From: Vulcanimicrobiales bacterium
GTDB lineage: Bacteria > Vulcanimicrobiota > Vulcanimicrobiia > Vulcanimicrobiales > Vulcanimicrobiaceae
Assembly: GCA_038215615.1 (NCBI GenBank)
Contig: JBBQQR010000007.1
Location: forward strand, 1 to 64,000
DNA length: 64,000 nt
Direction: 5' to 3'
The notes below the pieces were generated by a model that did not search any database, was not told the origin of the DNA, and saw nothing but the letters and a program-made list of their open reading frames with translations. Both the position numbers and the translations under genes were made by a program. This document shows, in pieces, positions 46,555 through 55,291 of the stretch. Position 1 is the first letter of the stretch. The number at the start of each line of letters is the position of its first letter.

Positions 46555-47637
46555 CTAGCGCGCGCCGATGGGCGCCGATGGCCCGATGCGCGAGCCTTCG
46601 GGAGCGACGGTGTCCGGGTCGACTCGCACATCGTGTCCGATGACCGAGCCCCTGCCGATTTTCGCGCCGGCGCCGATGATCGCCCGGCTGGCAATAATGG
46701 TTTCTTCGATCGTGGCGCCTTCTTCTACCACAACGTCATCCCAGAGCACGGAATCCTCGATCGCGGCGTTGGCCGCAATGCGGCAACCCTTTCCCAGCAC
46801 GACGTTTGGGCCGACGCGCGCAGTCCGTGCGATCATTGTCCCCGCACCGATGTGTACCGGCGCAATGAGGTTCGCGCAGTCGGCGTTCGCCGCGCCCGCG
46901 CCGCTAATTCCGGGCTCGATCTCGAGCGGCATGACCCCGCTGAGTACGTCGCGGTGAACCGTGAGGTAATGTTCCGGCCGTCCGACGTCGATCCAATAGT
47001 CCTCCGTCGTATAGGCGAAGAGCGATTGCCCTTCGGCTAAAATTCTCGGAAACGTCTCGCGCTCGATCGATACGTTACGCCCGGGCGGAATGAAATCCAA
47101 AACCTTCGGATCGAGCAGATACGTTCCGGCGTTAATCTCGTTGGTCGGCTCCGTGCCTTTGGGCGGCTTCTCGATGAATTGTGAGATCCGGCCTGACTCG
47201 TCGTGCACCACGCAGCCGAACGACGATGGATCTTCTACCTTTATAAGGTGCAGAACGCCGAGGCCGGCTTTTTCCTTATGATAGGCAATCATGGCGCGCA
47301 GATCGAGGCTTGTCAGAACGTCGCCGTTCATCATAAAAAACGGACCCGTAATGTGCTGCTCGACGTTTTTTATCGCGCCCGCGGTCCCCAGCGGCTCGTC
47401 TTCGATCACATACGTGATCTTCATATCGAGCCGCGAGCCGTCGCCGAAATATTCAGTAATTGCCTGCGGCATATAGCCCGCGGGCAGTATTACGTCGCGA
47501 ATGCCGGCTTCGTATAACCGTTCGAGCGTTCGCGCCAAGAAAGGGACGCCGACGATCGGTACCATGGGTTTGGGCGTGCCTAAAGTTAGCGGCCGCAGCC
47601 GCGTTCCTTCACCACCGACCAAAATTACCGCTTGCAC
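46555..47637 (-). CDS. NDP-sugar synthase (mannose-1-phosphate guanylyltransferase-like), second paralog
   Basis: ILVGGEGTRLRPLT..PKPM, EPLGTAGAI, NGDV, FIEKP, INAGTY, SIERE, YWIDVG; GGAGG RBS + GTG. Confidence 0.92.
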   Translation of the reverse strand: MQAVILVGGEGTRLRPLTLGTPKPMVPIVGVPFLARTLERLYEAGIRDVILPAGYMPQAITEYFGDGSRLDMKITYVIEDEPLGTAGAIKNVEQHITGPFFMMNGDVLTSLDLRAMIAYHKEKAGLGVLHLIKVEDPSSFGCVVHDESGRISQFIEKPPKGTEPTNEINAGTYLLDPKVLDFIPPGRNVSIERETFPRILAEGQSLFAYTTEDYWIDVGRPEHYLTVHRDVLSGVMPLEIEPGISGAGAANADCANLIAPVHIGAGTMIARTARVGPNVVLGKGCRIAANAAIEDSVLWDDVVVEEGATIEETIIASRAIIGAGAKIGRGSVIGHDVRVDPDTVAPEGSRIGPSAPIGAR

Positions 47638-47688
47638 GCTCAAACCTCCAGCAGGGCATCTTCCCTTCAGCGCGCCAATACAAAACGC

Positions 47689-47718
47689 TTGCGCGAGTCC
47701 ATCGCAGTTGTGTACGAT
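47689..47718 (+). promoter_or_regulatory. Putative sigma70 promoter of the tRNA pair
   Basis: TTGCGC-18 nt-TACGAT followed by a GC-rich discriminator just before tRNA-Gln. Confidence 0.45.
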
Positions 47719-47732
47719 AGGCTGCGCGCCTA

Positions 47733-47805
47733 TCCCGGGTAGTTCAGCTGGAAGAACGCCAGACTCTGAATCTGGATGCCGGTGGTTCGAGCCCATCCCC
47801 GGGAG
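47733..47805 (+). tRNA. tRNA-Gln (anticodon CTG)
   Basis: Acceptor TCCCGGG/CCCGGGA, D-arm GTTC/GAAC, anticodon arm CCAGA-CTCTGAA-TCTGG, T-loop TTCGAGC; CCA not encoded. Confidence 0.93.
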
Positions 47806-47808
47806 CGC

Positions 47809-47884
47809 GGCCCTATCGTCTAGAGGCCTAGGACGCCGCCCTCTCACGGCGGTAACACGGGTTCGACTCCCGTTGGGGCTACCA
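47809..47884 (+). tRNA. tRNA-Glu (anticodon CTC)
   Basis: GGCCCTA/TGGGGCT acceptor, CCGCC-CTCTCAC-GGCGG anticodon arm, ACGGG-TTCGACT-CCCGT, encoded CCA. Confidence 0.95.
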
Positions 47885-48007
47885 ATATTTTCCTTATATA
47901 ACAAGGGTTTGCGCTTCACCGCCTTCCGTTTGGAGGGCCGTTTGTCACATAGAATTAAAAAAGGAGAGGGAAGGGACGTTCGATCTTAACAATGACGTAT
48001 CTCTGGG

Positions 48008-48478
48008 TCATCGAACGCGGACGTATTCCACGATGCTGAACACCACGCGGTAGGTTCGCGGATTGACCGAGCGAATGGTGAGCCTGCGCCGATCCGCAGA
48101 GACAGCCATCCGGTAGCCGTAAACGGGCTGCAGGCCTTTACTGAAGACCGCGATGACGGCCGGCCCATCGCGATGCATTGCGACCGAATCCATTTCCGCC
48201 ATACCCGCGACCCGATATTTCCGTCCATCGTAACGTGCCGCGAAGCGGCCACTGCTGCGCTGGCCCGCGACAGTGATCCGCCACATGACGCAATCAATTC
48301 CGTCGCTATGAAATGCTATACACTTCATGTTTTGCGATCGTAGCGGCGGGAAATCGGCGGTAAATCGGGATGCTGCCAGATTTGCACGCCACATACCGAC
48401 CAGCGGGTCAGAATGGGCGCTTGCAGCGACCGTAAAAGCGAGAACCAGTGCGCCAATCAAAGTCCTCATAAAGTTCAT
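48008..48478 (-). CDS. Secreted hypothetical protein (beta-rich, lipocalin-like)
   Basis: Signal peptide, DPLVGMWRANLAASRF, A.YDG.KY.V.G, VSAD.R.LT. Confidence 0.7.
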   Translation of the reverse strand: MNFMRTLIGALVLAFTVAASAHSDPLVGMWRANLAASRFTADFPPLRSQNMKCIAFHSDGIDCVMWRITVAGQRSSGRFAARYDGRKYRVAGMAEMDSVAMHRDGPAVIAVFSKGLQPVYGYRMAVSADRRRLTIRSVNPRTYRVVFSIVEYVRVR

Positions 48479-48890
48479 GTATTATTAACAACCTTCCCGC
48501 ACGATAGAGCATATTCGCAGACGTGAGCGTGTTACTCTAAATCCATGAGGTGCTTACGAGGGCCTGCAGACTGGAAACGTCACGGAAACGATCACGAATC
48601 GCTTTCTCGTTCTTCCATCGCGCACCGGTTGATAATCTGTTCCTAACCGCCAACGGCGAAGCCGCCGCAGCCTAAAGGCCCCTCGAGGCGTGGAATCTTC
48701 ATCGGCCCGCAAACAGCGTTCCGCCAGCGACGTTAGAGGCTCTATAGCCGCATGAAACGCCGAACCGATAACGTGAACCGAGCCCGTAGCCAGCGCTAGC
48801 GGCTATGATAACGCCAAGCCGCATTTCATCCTGCTGAGCCAGTGGCAAGAACGATCTCGCGTTCGACGCTACCGCTCATGGGCAATTCGC

Positions 48891-49274
48891 TTAGCCCTTC
48901 GGCTTTAGCTCGAACGCGTCAATTCCGGCCGGCGGACCGGGCGTAGCAGTAGACGAGGACGTCGTGCCCTTGCCGGGGCCGCGGTAATCGAATTGCTTTC
49001 CTCGGCCGAGGGTTGTCATGGTTGAAAATGTACCGTTGGTTTGGCCCGACCACGTACTATCGGGAAACGTCGCCGTGCACGTCATGGATGCTGCGGAAGG
49101 TTTCGCGGCGTTGAGTGAGCAGGTCGCCGAGCCTTCCTTCGCAGTCCAGACGGCATTGCCGCCACCCAGAACTTTACCTTGGAATGTGAACGCGTGCGGC
49201 CCGCCCGACACGGTTCCGATAAAACTAACAGACGTGACCGACCAGGTCCACGTGAATATCCACTGGCCCGACAA
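48891..49274 (-). CDS. Hypothetical beta-rich protein, possibly a 5'-damaged fragment
   Basis: Protein-like composition (DLSGQW...); the frame stays open about 200 nt further upstream without a start codon. Confidence 0.45.
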   Translation of the reverse strand: MSGQWIFTWTWSVTSVSFIGTVSGGPHAFTFQGKVLGGGNAVWTAKEGSATCSLNAAKPSAASMTCTATFPDSTWSGQTNGTFSTMTTLGRGKQFDYRGPGKGTTSSSTATPGPPAGIDAFELKPKG

Positions 49275-49498
49275 GTCATAAGCGGAAGACGGCTGGGCCT
49301 TTTTGCACTTCGGGTTTCCGTGATGACTAGCGAGCTGCTCACGAAATCCTAGGAATGGGCGAAATCCTCGGGACGGCTGAGATTCTAGGTCTATTTGGGC
49401 TGCACACGGATCGGGGGTAGGAGTTAGGTGGCGCGGATCCGCTTGGCAGGCCGCGATCTGGCGGTCCCCAAATAATCATCGGCGTTCGTTGCCTTTCT

Positions 49499-51238
49499 CT
49501 AAGCCGGCAGCGGTGCTTGCGGGAGCGCGCGATATCGTAACAACTCGATTCGCACGTACGCCTGGGCTGCAGTGTCGCAAAGCTGCTCGAGCGTCAGCGC
49601 TTCATCCGGATCGAGCTTCGTACCATCGCGGTGGATTCCATATACCGCAAACGCAATGAGCTCGTCGCTCTGAAAAATCGGAATCGCGATCGCGGGCGTT
49701 GCGCCTTGTCCTTCGAATTGCTCCGCAACGTGAGTGCGAACATCGCGGATCTCGAGTTTGGCGCGCTCCGTCACTAAAAACCGCACCAACTCGTGGTCCG
49801 CATCGAACGCCGGCGCGCCAAGGGCTTCCCACCCGGACGCGGCCGCAACAATAAACGTCGGTCCTTGAGCGCGAAACAGCGCAGCCATCGTTAAGTCGAG
49901 CCTCTCGTATGGCCCGTGAACCACCGCGCGATCGATGGTTTCCTCCCGCTCGGCGCGCAACAGCGTCTTGGCCAAGCGTCTCAAATAGTTCTGAGCGCTG
50001 TGTTTGTCGCGGAATAGCAGCAAATCCACGCCGCGTTCGATCCAACCGTAGGCACGGTGCAGGGCAAGAGCGAGCCCAATTGTCACCGCGGCATCGATCA
50101 CTAATGCAACGCGCACCTGATGCAAATACGCGCTCGTCAACCAATCCACGGCGCCGATAACTCCGACGATCAAAGTGGTTACCACCGCGTACAGGACGGT
50201 CCGGCTAATCACAAAACGCACATCGATGACGTGGCGCTTGAGAATTCCGTACATGAGCGCCAACGGCATGATCACTGTTAAATCGGCAGCTACGATGCTC
50301 AGAGATTGCAGGAAGTGCGAAGGATTAGCACTCAGGACGTTTCTGAGATCGTTCGTGATTACGCCGAAGATAATAGCAAACGCGGCCCAGCCGAAACGCG
50401 CGCGCTCCATTCGTTCCATCGTCGTCAGGCGCGCGATTACGACGAGCACCGTTACGACTGTAAGCACTTCGTCTATAAGATTCGTTAACTGCGGCGAAAA
50501 CGTCACGCCCGTATAGAATACGGCAACGGCAGCAACAGCTATGTCGGCCGCCAGTATCGCGCACGCGGCGTAAAACGCGGGCCTCCTCCATCCGCTCGGA
50601 ATCCGATCGTCTGGTACCAGCACAGAGAAAAATAACAAACAACCTACCGCTATCGACGCACTAAATCCCGGCAGCCCGCCGGCAATGACGTACTGCCACG
50701 CCGGAAGAATCGTCCAGTTCTCACCTGCAGCGAATGACGGGGCGGCCGCTAGGCAGTATGCGTAGAACGTCCACGTCGTCGGACTGGGCCTGGCCATCAC
50801 CAAGGCAATGCCCGTAACGAGAAATACGAGGAACGTCAGCAAGCGCAATGCGGAAAGGAAGTTGGAACCGTAAGTGTTTGCGACCGGCGGCCCTACATTC
50901 GCTACGAATCGCACCGGCCGCACGCTGCCGCCTTTGCTGAGACACGTCGAGATCGGAGTCCCGGCGCGGTATCCTTGCTGAAGGCCGAAGCCGCGGTTCA
51001 TCAACAGCGCATAATCTCGCGCCGATAGACACCCCAGAATCTCTCCCGTTCGCAGCCCCGCGCGATATGCCGGAGAACCGGCATCAACGTGGACGATATT
51101 CGATTGAACAAACGCGCCGGTTAGTACTATGCCCGTGCCGCTCTGAACGCTTGGGGGAGATTCAAACATCGGCGGTGCGACCAGCAGTAACCAAAAGGCC
51201 GCCAATCCGATCGTAATAAGCGCGCGCAGCGCCTTCAT
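49499..51238 (-). CDS. Membrane sensor-like protein: periplasmic PDZ, multi-TM region, C-terminal GAF
   Basis: VDAGSPAYRAGLRTGE (PDZ); ~8 TM helices with YGILKRHVIDV; AIAIPI...AFAVYGIHRDG...LEQL (GAF); no kinase or cyclase domain. Confidence 0.8.
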   Translation of the reverse strand: MKALRALITIGLAAFWLLLVAPPMFESPPSVQSGTGIVLTGAFVQSNIVHVDAGSPAYRAGLRTGEILGCLSARDYALLMNRGFGLQQGYRAGTPISTCLSKGGSVRPVRFVANVGPPVANTYGSNFLSALRLLTFLVFLVTGIALVMARPSPTTWTFYAYCLAAAPSFAAGENWTILPAWQYVIAGGLPGFSASIAVGCLLFFSVLVPDDRIPSGWRRPAFYAACAILAADIAVAAVAVFYTGVTFSPQLTNLIDEVLTVVTVLVVIARLTTMERMERARFGWAAFAIIFGVITNDLRNVLSANPSHFLQSLSIVAADLTVIMPLALMYGILKRHVIDVRFVISRTVLYAVVTTLIVGVIGAVDWLTSAYLHQVRVALVIDAAVTIGLALALHRAYGWIERGVDLLLFRDKHSAQNYLRRLAKTLLRAEREETIDRAVVHGPYERLDLTMAALFRAQGPTFIVAAASGWEALGAPAFDADHELVRFLVTERAKLEIRDVRTHVAEQFEGQGATPAIAIPIFQSDELIAFAVYGIHRDGTKLDPDEALTLEQLCDTAAQAYVRIELLRYRALPQAPLPA

Positions 51239-51396
51239 AATATGACGGCGTCCATGACGCTGCTATTCGCTTTGCCCCCTGCTTCTACTTTGTCTTCTAC
51301 TTATAGGCTAGTAACCAGTAGTAACCAGTATCAACCCAGACTAAAGAAAAGCAATGCGCAGGGATTTCGAATCCCGTTGGGGCTACCATTTCGTCG

Positions 51397-51960
51397 CTAG
51401 GACTCTATGCGCCGGCCTTTTTCGAGCCATTTGTCCAAGCGCGGCATCCGAGGAGTACCGCCTGGATAATTGCCACCCGGATGTCGATCGGCCCACCGTT
51501 GCGCGCGCGATGCGAGATACTCGAAATTCTCAAAAACAAACGGTTTAGTGCGACGGGCGATCATGATAACGGGCTCTAAACAATTCCAGTTCAGGATAAC
51601 ATTATACCAGGACGCTTGAAGGAAGAGCGTCTCATCAATGAGCCCGCTGCGTACACAAGAACCTATCTGTTCATACATGTCACATAGGTGGACTTCGGGA
51701 TGCTCCCTTCGATCAACGGGAATTTTTTCCAACCCGGCGCGAAAGGCGGGGTCCTCCATTCGCGTTGCCAGATCGTGGCGGACGAAATCGAATAGCTCGT
51801 GCACGTGAGGCTGCTGGAACACCTCGAGAATCGAAAGCAGGCCGGACAGTTGGTTGTTCTGACGAAGATGGCGCAGCTGAATAAGTGCCGCGACCGCTGT
51901 GGCAGCGATGACGAAAAAGGTTCCCATTGTGCCGATGGTGTTCCAGAACTCAAGCGACAT
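51397..51960 (-). CDS. N-terminal TM-anchored hypothetical protein (DUF4760-like), paralog 3
   Basis: GTFFVIAATAVAALIQLRHLR, DPAFR, HPE, YEQIG..VRSG, FENFEYLA, HP.GNYP.G.PRMP. Confidence 0.78.
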   Translation of the reverse strand: MSLEFWNTIGTMGTFFVIAATAVAALIQLRHLRQNNQLSGLLSILEVFQQPHVHELFDFVRHDLATRMEDPAFRAGLEKIPVDRREHPEVHLCDMYEQIGSCVRSGLIDETLFLQASWYNVILNWNCLEPVIMIARRTKPFVFENFEYLASRAQRWADRHPGGNYPGGTPRMPRLDKWLEKGRRIES

Positions 51961-52205
51961 TGATCCGCCATCGCCAATTTCGTATCGGCGTTCTTCCAAA
52001 CAGCGTCGAACTGACAGATCCAAAAAACCGGCTCATCTATCAAGAATACGGGCCGCCCCAAACTGGGCCTGCATTATGGCGCACGAGCCGCGCTCACGAT
52101 GTGCTGGAAGGGCGTCTTCTACTTACCGCTGACCTTACGGGCTCGGTGACCGGCCACGGAGCCGAACGGCGCTCCGGCCGAAACACCCGCGAATCGCTAA
52201 ACTTC

Positions 52206-52700
52206 TTAGGGCGCGGTGTGCGCCTTTTGCCCTAACATTTCGGGAATATCCTCTGCCGGGAGCGCTTTGCGCACTGTGCCAAGAATCACCAGACCCGCGC
52301 TGATCAGCACCAAGTTCTTTATGATAAATTCGCCGTTCGACGAGAGTTTGAGCGGATTGCCGTCAGTGAAGACGAGGTCGGGACGGATGACCATCGTGAG
52401 GAACGTGCCGATCATTTGCACTAAGAACAGCAGCAACGTTAGCCGCATTGCCCAGCCCGTGAGCAAGCCCAATCCGATGATCACCTCTACCACGCCCATG
52501 CCGACAACCGCAACGTGAGAGGGCAAAACGTACAGCGTCTTGGCGACCAGATCTGCGACGGGGCTGACACCAAGAATCTTCAACGCTCCGAACCACACGA
52601 AGACGATGCCAAGAGTGATGCGAAGCATCGTGACGCTATGCTCGCGCACAAAGCCGATTACTGCGTTGTCGAACCGACGGAGCCATTCAGGAACGCGCAT
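52206..52700 (-). CDS. DoxX/YkgB-family membrane protein
   Basis: LRITLGIVFVWFGALK..SP, G.VE..IG.GLL, GEFIIKNLVL; GGGAG RBS. Confidence 0.88.
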   Translation of the reverse strand: MRVPEWLRRFDNAVIGFVREHSVTMLRITLGIVFVWFGALKILGVSPVADLVAKTLYVLPSHVAVVGMGVVEVIIGLGLLTGWAMRLTLLLFLVQMIGTFLTMVIRPDLVFTDGNPLKLSSNGEFIIKNLVLISAGLVILGTVRKALPAEDIPEMLGQKAHTAP

Positions 52701-53001
52701 ACATTTTATTCTCCCTACCCAACTTTGGAAACCGCGATGCCATTGTAGCATTTCAGTTTGTAAACCGACGCCCTGTGTATACTATCTCCTAAGAAAATCG
52801 CGGTTTTAAAATTCTCACGACGCTGAAGGGGCCCGAACCCTCGGGCTCCGCCGTGATAGAACGCGGATGGATACCGCTGTAGCATACTCTACGCCCGCCG
52901 TAGCGGCTTTCAGTCACACTAGTGGTGTGCCTGTTGAGGTACGGGAGCGCCGGCTTAATCTTTTCATGGCGATGTATTGATCGCCCATGGCTCGCAGTTC
53001 A

Positions 53002-53985
53002 CTAATTTTTAAGATTGTGGTCTAAAAAACGGCGAAGATACCATAAAGCGATGCGGCTGTGAAAGCCTAGCGGCACCGTTTCAAAGGCATGATCTGCCCA
53101 GGCCAACTCGATATACGTAACGCTTACACCATCGTCGCGCAATTCGTCGCGCAATAAGTGCTCGAAATCGAGACTCACGACATGATCTCGTCCGGCTGCG
53201 ATCATCAAGACCGGCGGCATACCTGCTCGCACGACGTATCGCGGTGACGCGCTGCGGTAGCACGGGGCGTTTTGGTGTGGAGTGCCACCACAAAGGTCGC
53301 TCAGAGTGCGCCGTATATTAATAATGTCGGGATGAGGCGGATGTTCGTAAGCCAGCCGAAGATCCACTGGACTCTCGTACGTCACGACCGCGTCGATGCG
53401 GCGCGGGCGCAGCGCGCCAGCGATTATGGCGAGCTGCGCACCGGAGGAATGTCCGAGTACCGCGATGCGCGGGGCATGAATGGCATCGATCTGACGCAGA
53501 ATCGCGACTTTTTGCGCGGGCCATCGTGATTGCGGTGCGTGGGGATAGCCGAGTGGAATGACACGGTAGCCCCAGGAAGCAATTATCGCATTGAGCTGTG
53601 CATCGTTCTTGGTGGAGCCGCGTTCCCAGGCGCCTCCGTAGATGGCTAGCACAACAGGAGTGTTTGGCCCAGACCGAGCGGCGCGCACCTCGATGGGCGG
53701 TAATGCGAGCAATGCTGAGGCCGGTATATACGGCCCTCGCGTTAGATACGCGAGCGGCGGTGCAAACGTGCACAATATGGCTGCTCCCGCCATCGCAATT
53801 GCCGGGCGTCGCGCTGCACTGCGCAACCGCAATGCTGTCGAAAGCGCAACTCCATCGAATATCGTTAGGACCGGCCAAAGCTCCGTACCGCCCACTGTCA
53901 GGACGAAAAGCGGCATGATAGGTCCGGGCACGACGATCCAGATTGAGAACGCCAGCGCGATCAGCGCAAGTGTGACCGCAAACAT
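53002..53985 (-). CDS. Membrane-anchored alpha/beta hydrolase (esterase/lipase)
   Basis: N-terminal TM segments, IYGGAW, GHSSG, PP.LM..G.D.VV, ADHAFE; start 53985 or 54045. Confidence 0.85.
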   Translation of the reverse strand: MFAVTLALIALAFSIWIVVPGPIMPLFVLTVGGTELWPVLTIFDGVALSTALRLRSAARRPAIAMAGAAILCTFAPPLAYLTRGPYIPASALLALPPIEVRAARSGPNTPVVLAIYGGAWERGSTKNDAQLNAIIASWGYRVIPLGYPHAPQSRWPAQKVAILRQIDAIHAPRIAVLGHSSGAQLAIIAGALRPRRIDAVVTYESPVDLRLAYEHPPHPDIINIRRTLSDLCGGTPHQNAPCYRSASPRYVVRAGMPPVLMIAAGRDHVVSLDFEHLLRDELRDDGVSVTYIELAWADHAFETVPLGFHSRIALWYLRRFLDHNLKN

Positions 53986-54341
53986 GTCCACCAAACCCAC
54001 ACTATCATCAGGAACTGCAGCGGCAATCGTACGTAAAACATCCATGCGCTGCCGACGTCGTGATAAAGCTGCGGATGCTGCGCCATCTGTATGTTCGCCG
54101 GAAAAACCGCGACAAGCAAAGCGATCAAGCCGATGCCGGAAATTCGCCGGGTCAAAGGCATCAGCACGCCGATGCCGCCAAAAATCTCACAAGCTCCGCT
54201 AATTTGAACAAGTAAGAGATGGAGAGGAAGCCACGGCGGAACGGCGCGCACGTAAAAACCTGAGTGCACATAGTGATTGATACCTGCTGCTATAAAGAAA
54301 ATGCCGAGCGAAACCGCCGCAACTTTGCGTACAGTGACCAT
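53961..54341 (-). CDS. DoxX-family membrane protein
   Basis: AGINHY, VPPWLP, ISGACEI.GG, AVFPANI, RLPLQ. Confidence 0.88.
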   Translation of the reverse strand: MVTVRKVAAVSLGIFFIAAGINHYVHSGFYVRAVPPWLPLHLLLVQISGACEIFGGIGVLMPLTRRISGIGLIALLVAVFPANIQMAQHPQLYHDVGSAWMFYVRLPLQFLMIVWVWWTCLRSHLR

Positions 54342-54369
54342 GACGAGATTGTCGCGCGAAAGACGTGCG

Positions 54370-54467
54370 GTTCCTCCGCGTGGCGGCGGGATGGTTGCGG
54401 GCGAAACCGACTGCGGTGTCACCATTTGCGGCGATGACCCGGACGAGGGCAACCCCAATCGCCCCAA
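54370..54467 (-). pseudogene. Relic of the N-terminus of the beta-propeller lipoprotein family
   Basis: GLPSSGSSPQMVTPQSVSPA matches GLPPTGSSPQMVTPESVSPG (55292-57403) and PQSVSPA (61102-62925). Confidence 0.65.
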
Positions 54468-54735
54468 CCGGACGGCCTATCACTTAACGAGGTGTAAGCG
54501 GCCTGCGCCTTTCGGCGGCCACGGCGCTAGCGGCATCCATTCTCAGCTCGAGATCGCTGAAAATCTACGCCGATGACGCGATGGCGTGGACGCTAGCCGC
54601 GCGCGGCGAGTGGCAGAAGGCACGGAGCTTCGCCATTCGGGCTGTCCGCGATTCTAACGAAACTGTAGTCGGTTCTCCCGTTCAAACAATCAATCTACAG
54701 ATTGAAGCCGGCAACGCCTGCAGGTGTTCGAATCC

Positions 54736-54781
54736 AAGAAGCCTCCATGCAATGCTTTCGCAACACGGAGGCTTCTTTTTT
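54736..54781. terminator. Hairpin terminator
   Basis: AAGAAGCCTCC (54736-54746) / GGAGGCTTCTT (54767-54777) followed by a T-run; lies just downstream of the GlsB-family gene. Confidence 0.6.
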
Positions 54782-54817
54782 CTAAGCGCTTCTGCCTAGT
54801 CGGTGCAGGGTCAGATT

Positions 54818-55078
54818 TTATACTGTGGCGCGACGGCCCATTAGCGCCCGGACGATGAAGATGAGTATAACCGCTCCAATGATCGCACAGATCATGCTGC
54901 CGATGTTAAATCCAGTGACGCCGACATGGCCAAATAAACCGTACACAAAGCCGCCGACTAGCGCACCGATGATTCCGATAACGATATCACCTAGGATGCC
55001 GCCGGGACCGTCTCCAGCGATGGTTTTCGCGATCGCGCCCGCGATGAGTCCAAATATAATCCAAAGAATTATCCCCAT
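54818..55078 (-). CDS. GlsB/YeaQ/YmgE (transglycosylase-associated) membrane protein
   Basis: WIIFGLIAGAIAK, DIVIGIIGALVGG, AIIGAVIL; GGAGGG RBS. Confidence 0.92.
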   Translation of the reverse strand: MGIILWIIFGLIAGAIAKTIAGDGPGGILGDIVIGIIGALVGGFVYGLFGHVGVTGFNIGSMICAIIGAVILIFIVRALMGRRATV

Positions 55079-55291
55079 ATGCAACCCTCCGTTCAAATAG
55101 CAAGCCTAGCAAGCCACCTAGGTTATCTCCAATCGGCTCCGCGTCAAACCTCCTTAACGGTAAGACCACTTGATTCTCGCGAGTTTCACACAAGATGGCT
55201 AAATAACGGGTGATATGCAATGGCTCACCTCCAAGTCGATACAGCCCAACCTTGGGGAATCCCGCCCAAGGGCTTTTCCTGGCTTGCGGCT

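Larger units (their letters stand above)
47868..51388. mobile_element. Genomic islet integrated at tRNA-Glu (attL/attR direct repeat), no integrase visible
   Basis: TCCCGTTGGGGCTACCA at 47868-47884 and 51372-51388 (22/23 when the TTCGA lead is included); short direct repeats at 51282-51328. Confidence 0.8.

Noticed and set aside
47638..47919. N-terminal extension of the 454-aa nucleotidyltransferase ORF
   Set aside because: It is the antisense reading of the two tRNAs; the real start is GTG 47637 with a GGAGG RBS
52755..53000. Possible ncRNA in a hairpin-rich intergenic region
   Set aside because: Several short inverted repeats but no recognisable family or second copy; cannot be supported without a covariance search
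54640..54740. Possible tRNA gene around GTTCGAATCC
   Set aside because: No acceptor, D or anticodon stems can be folded; at most a fragment
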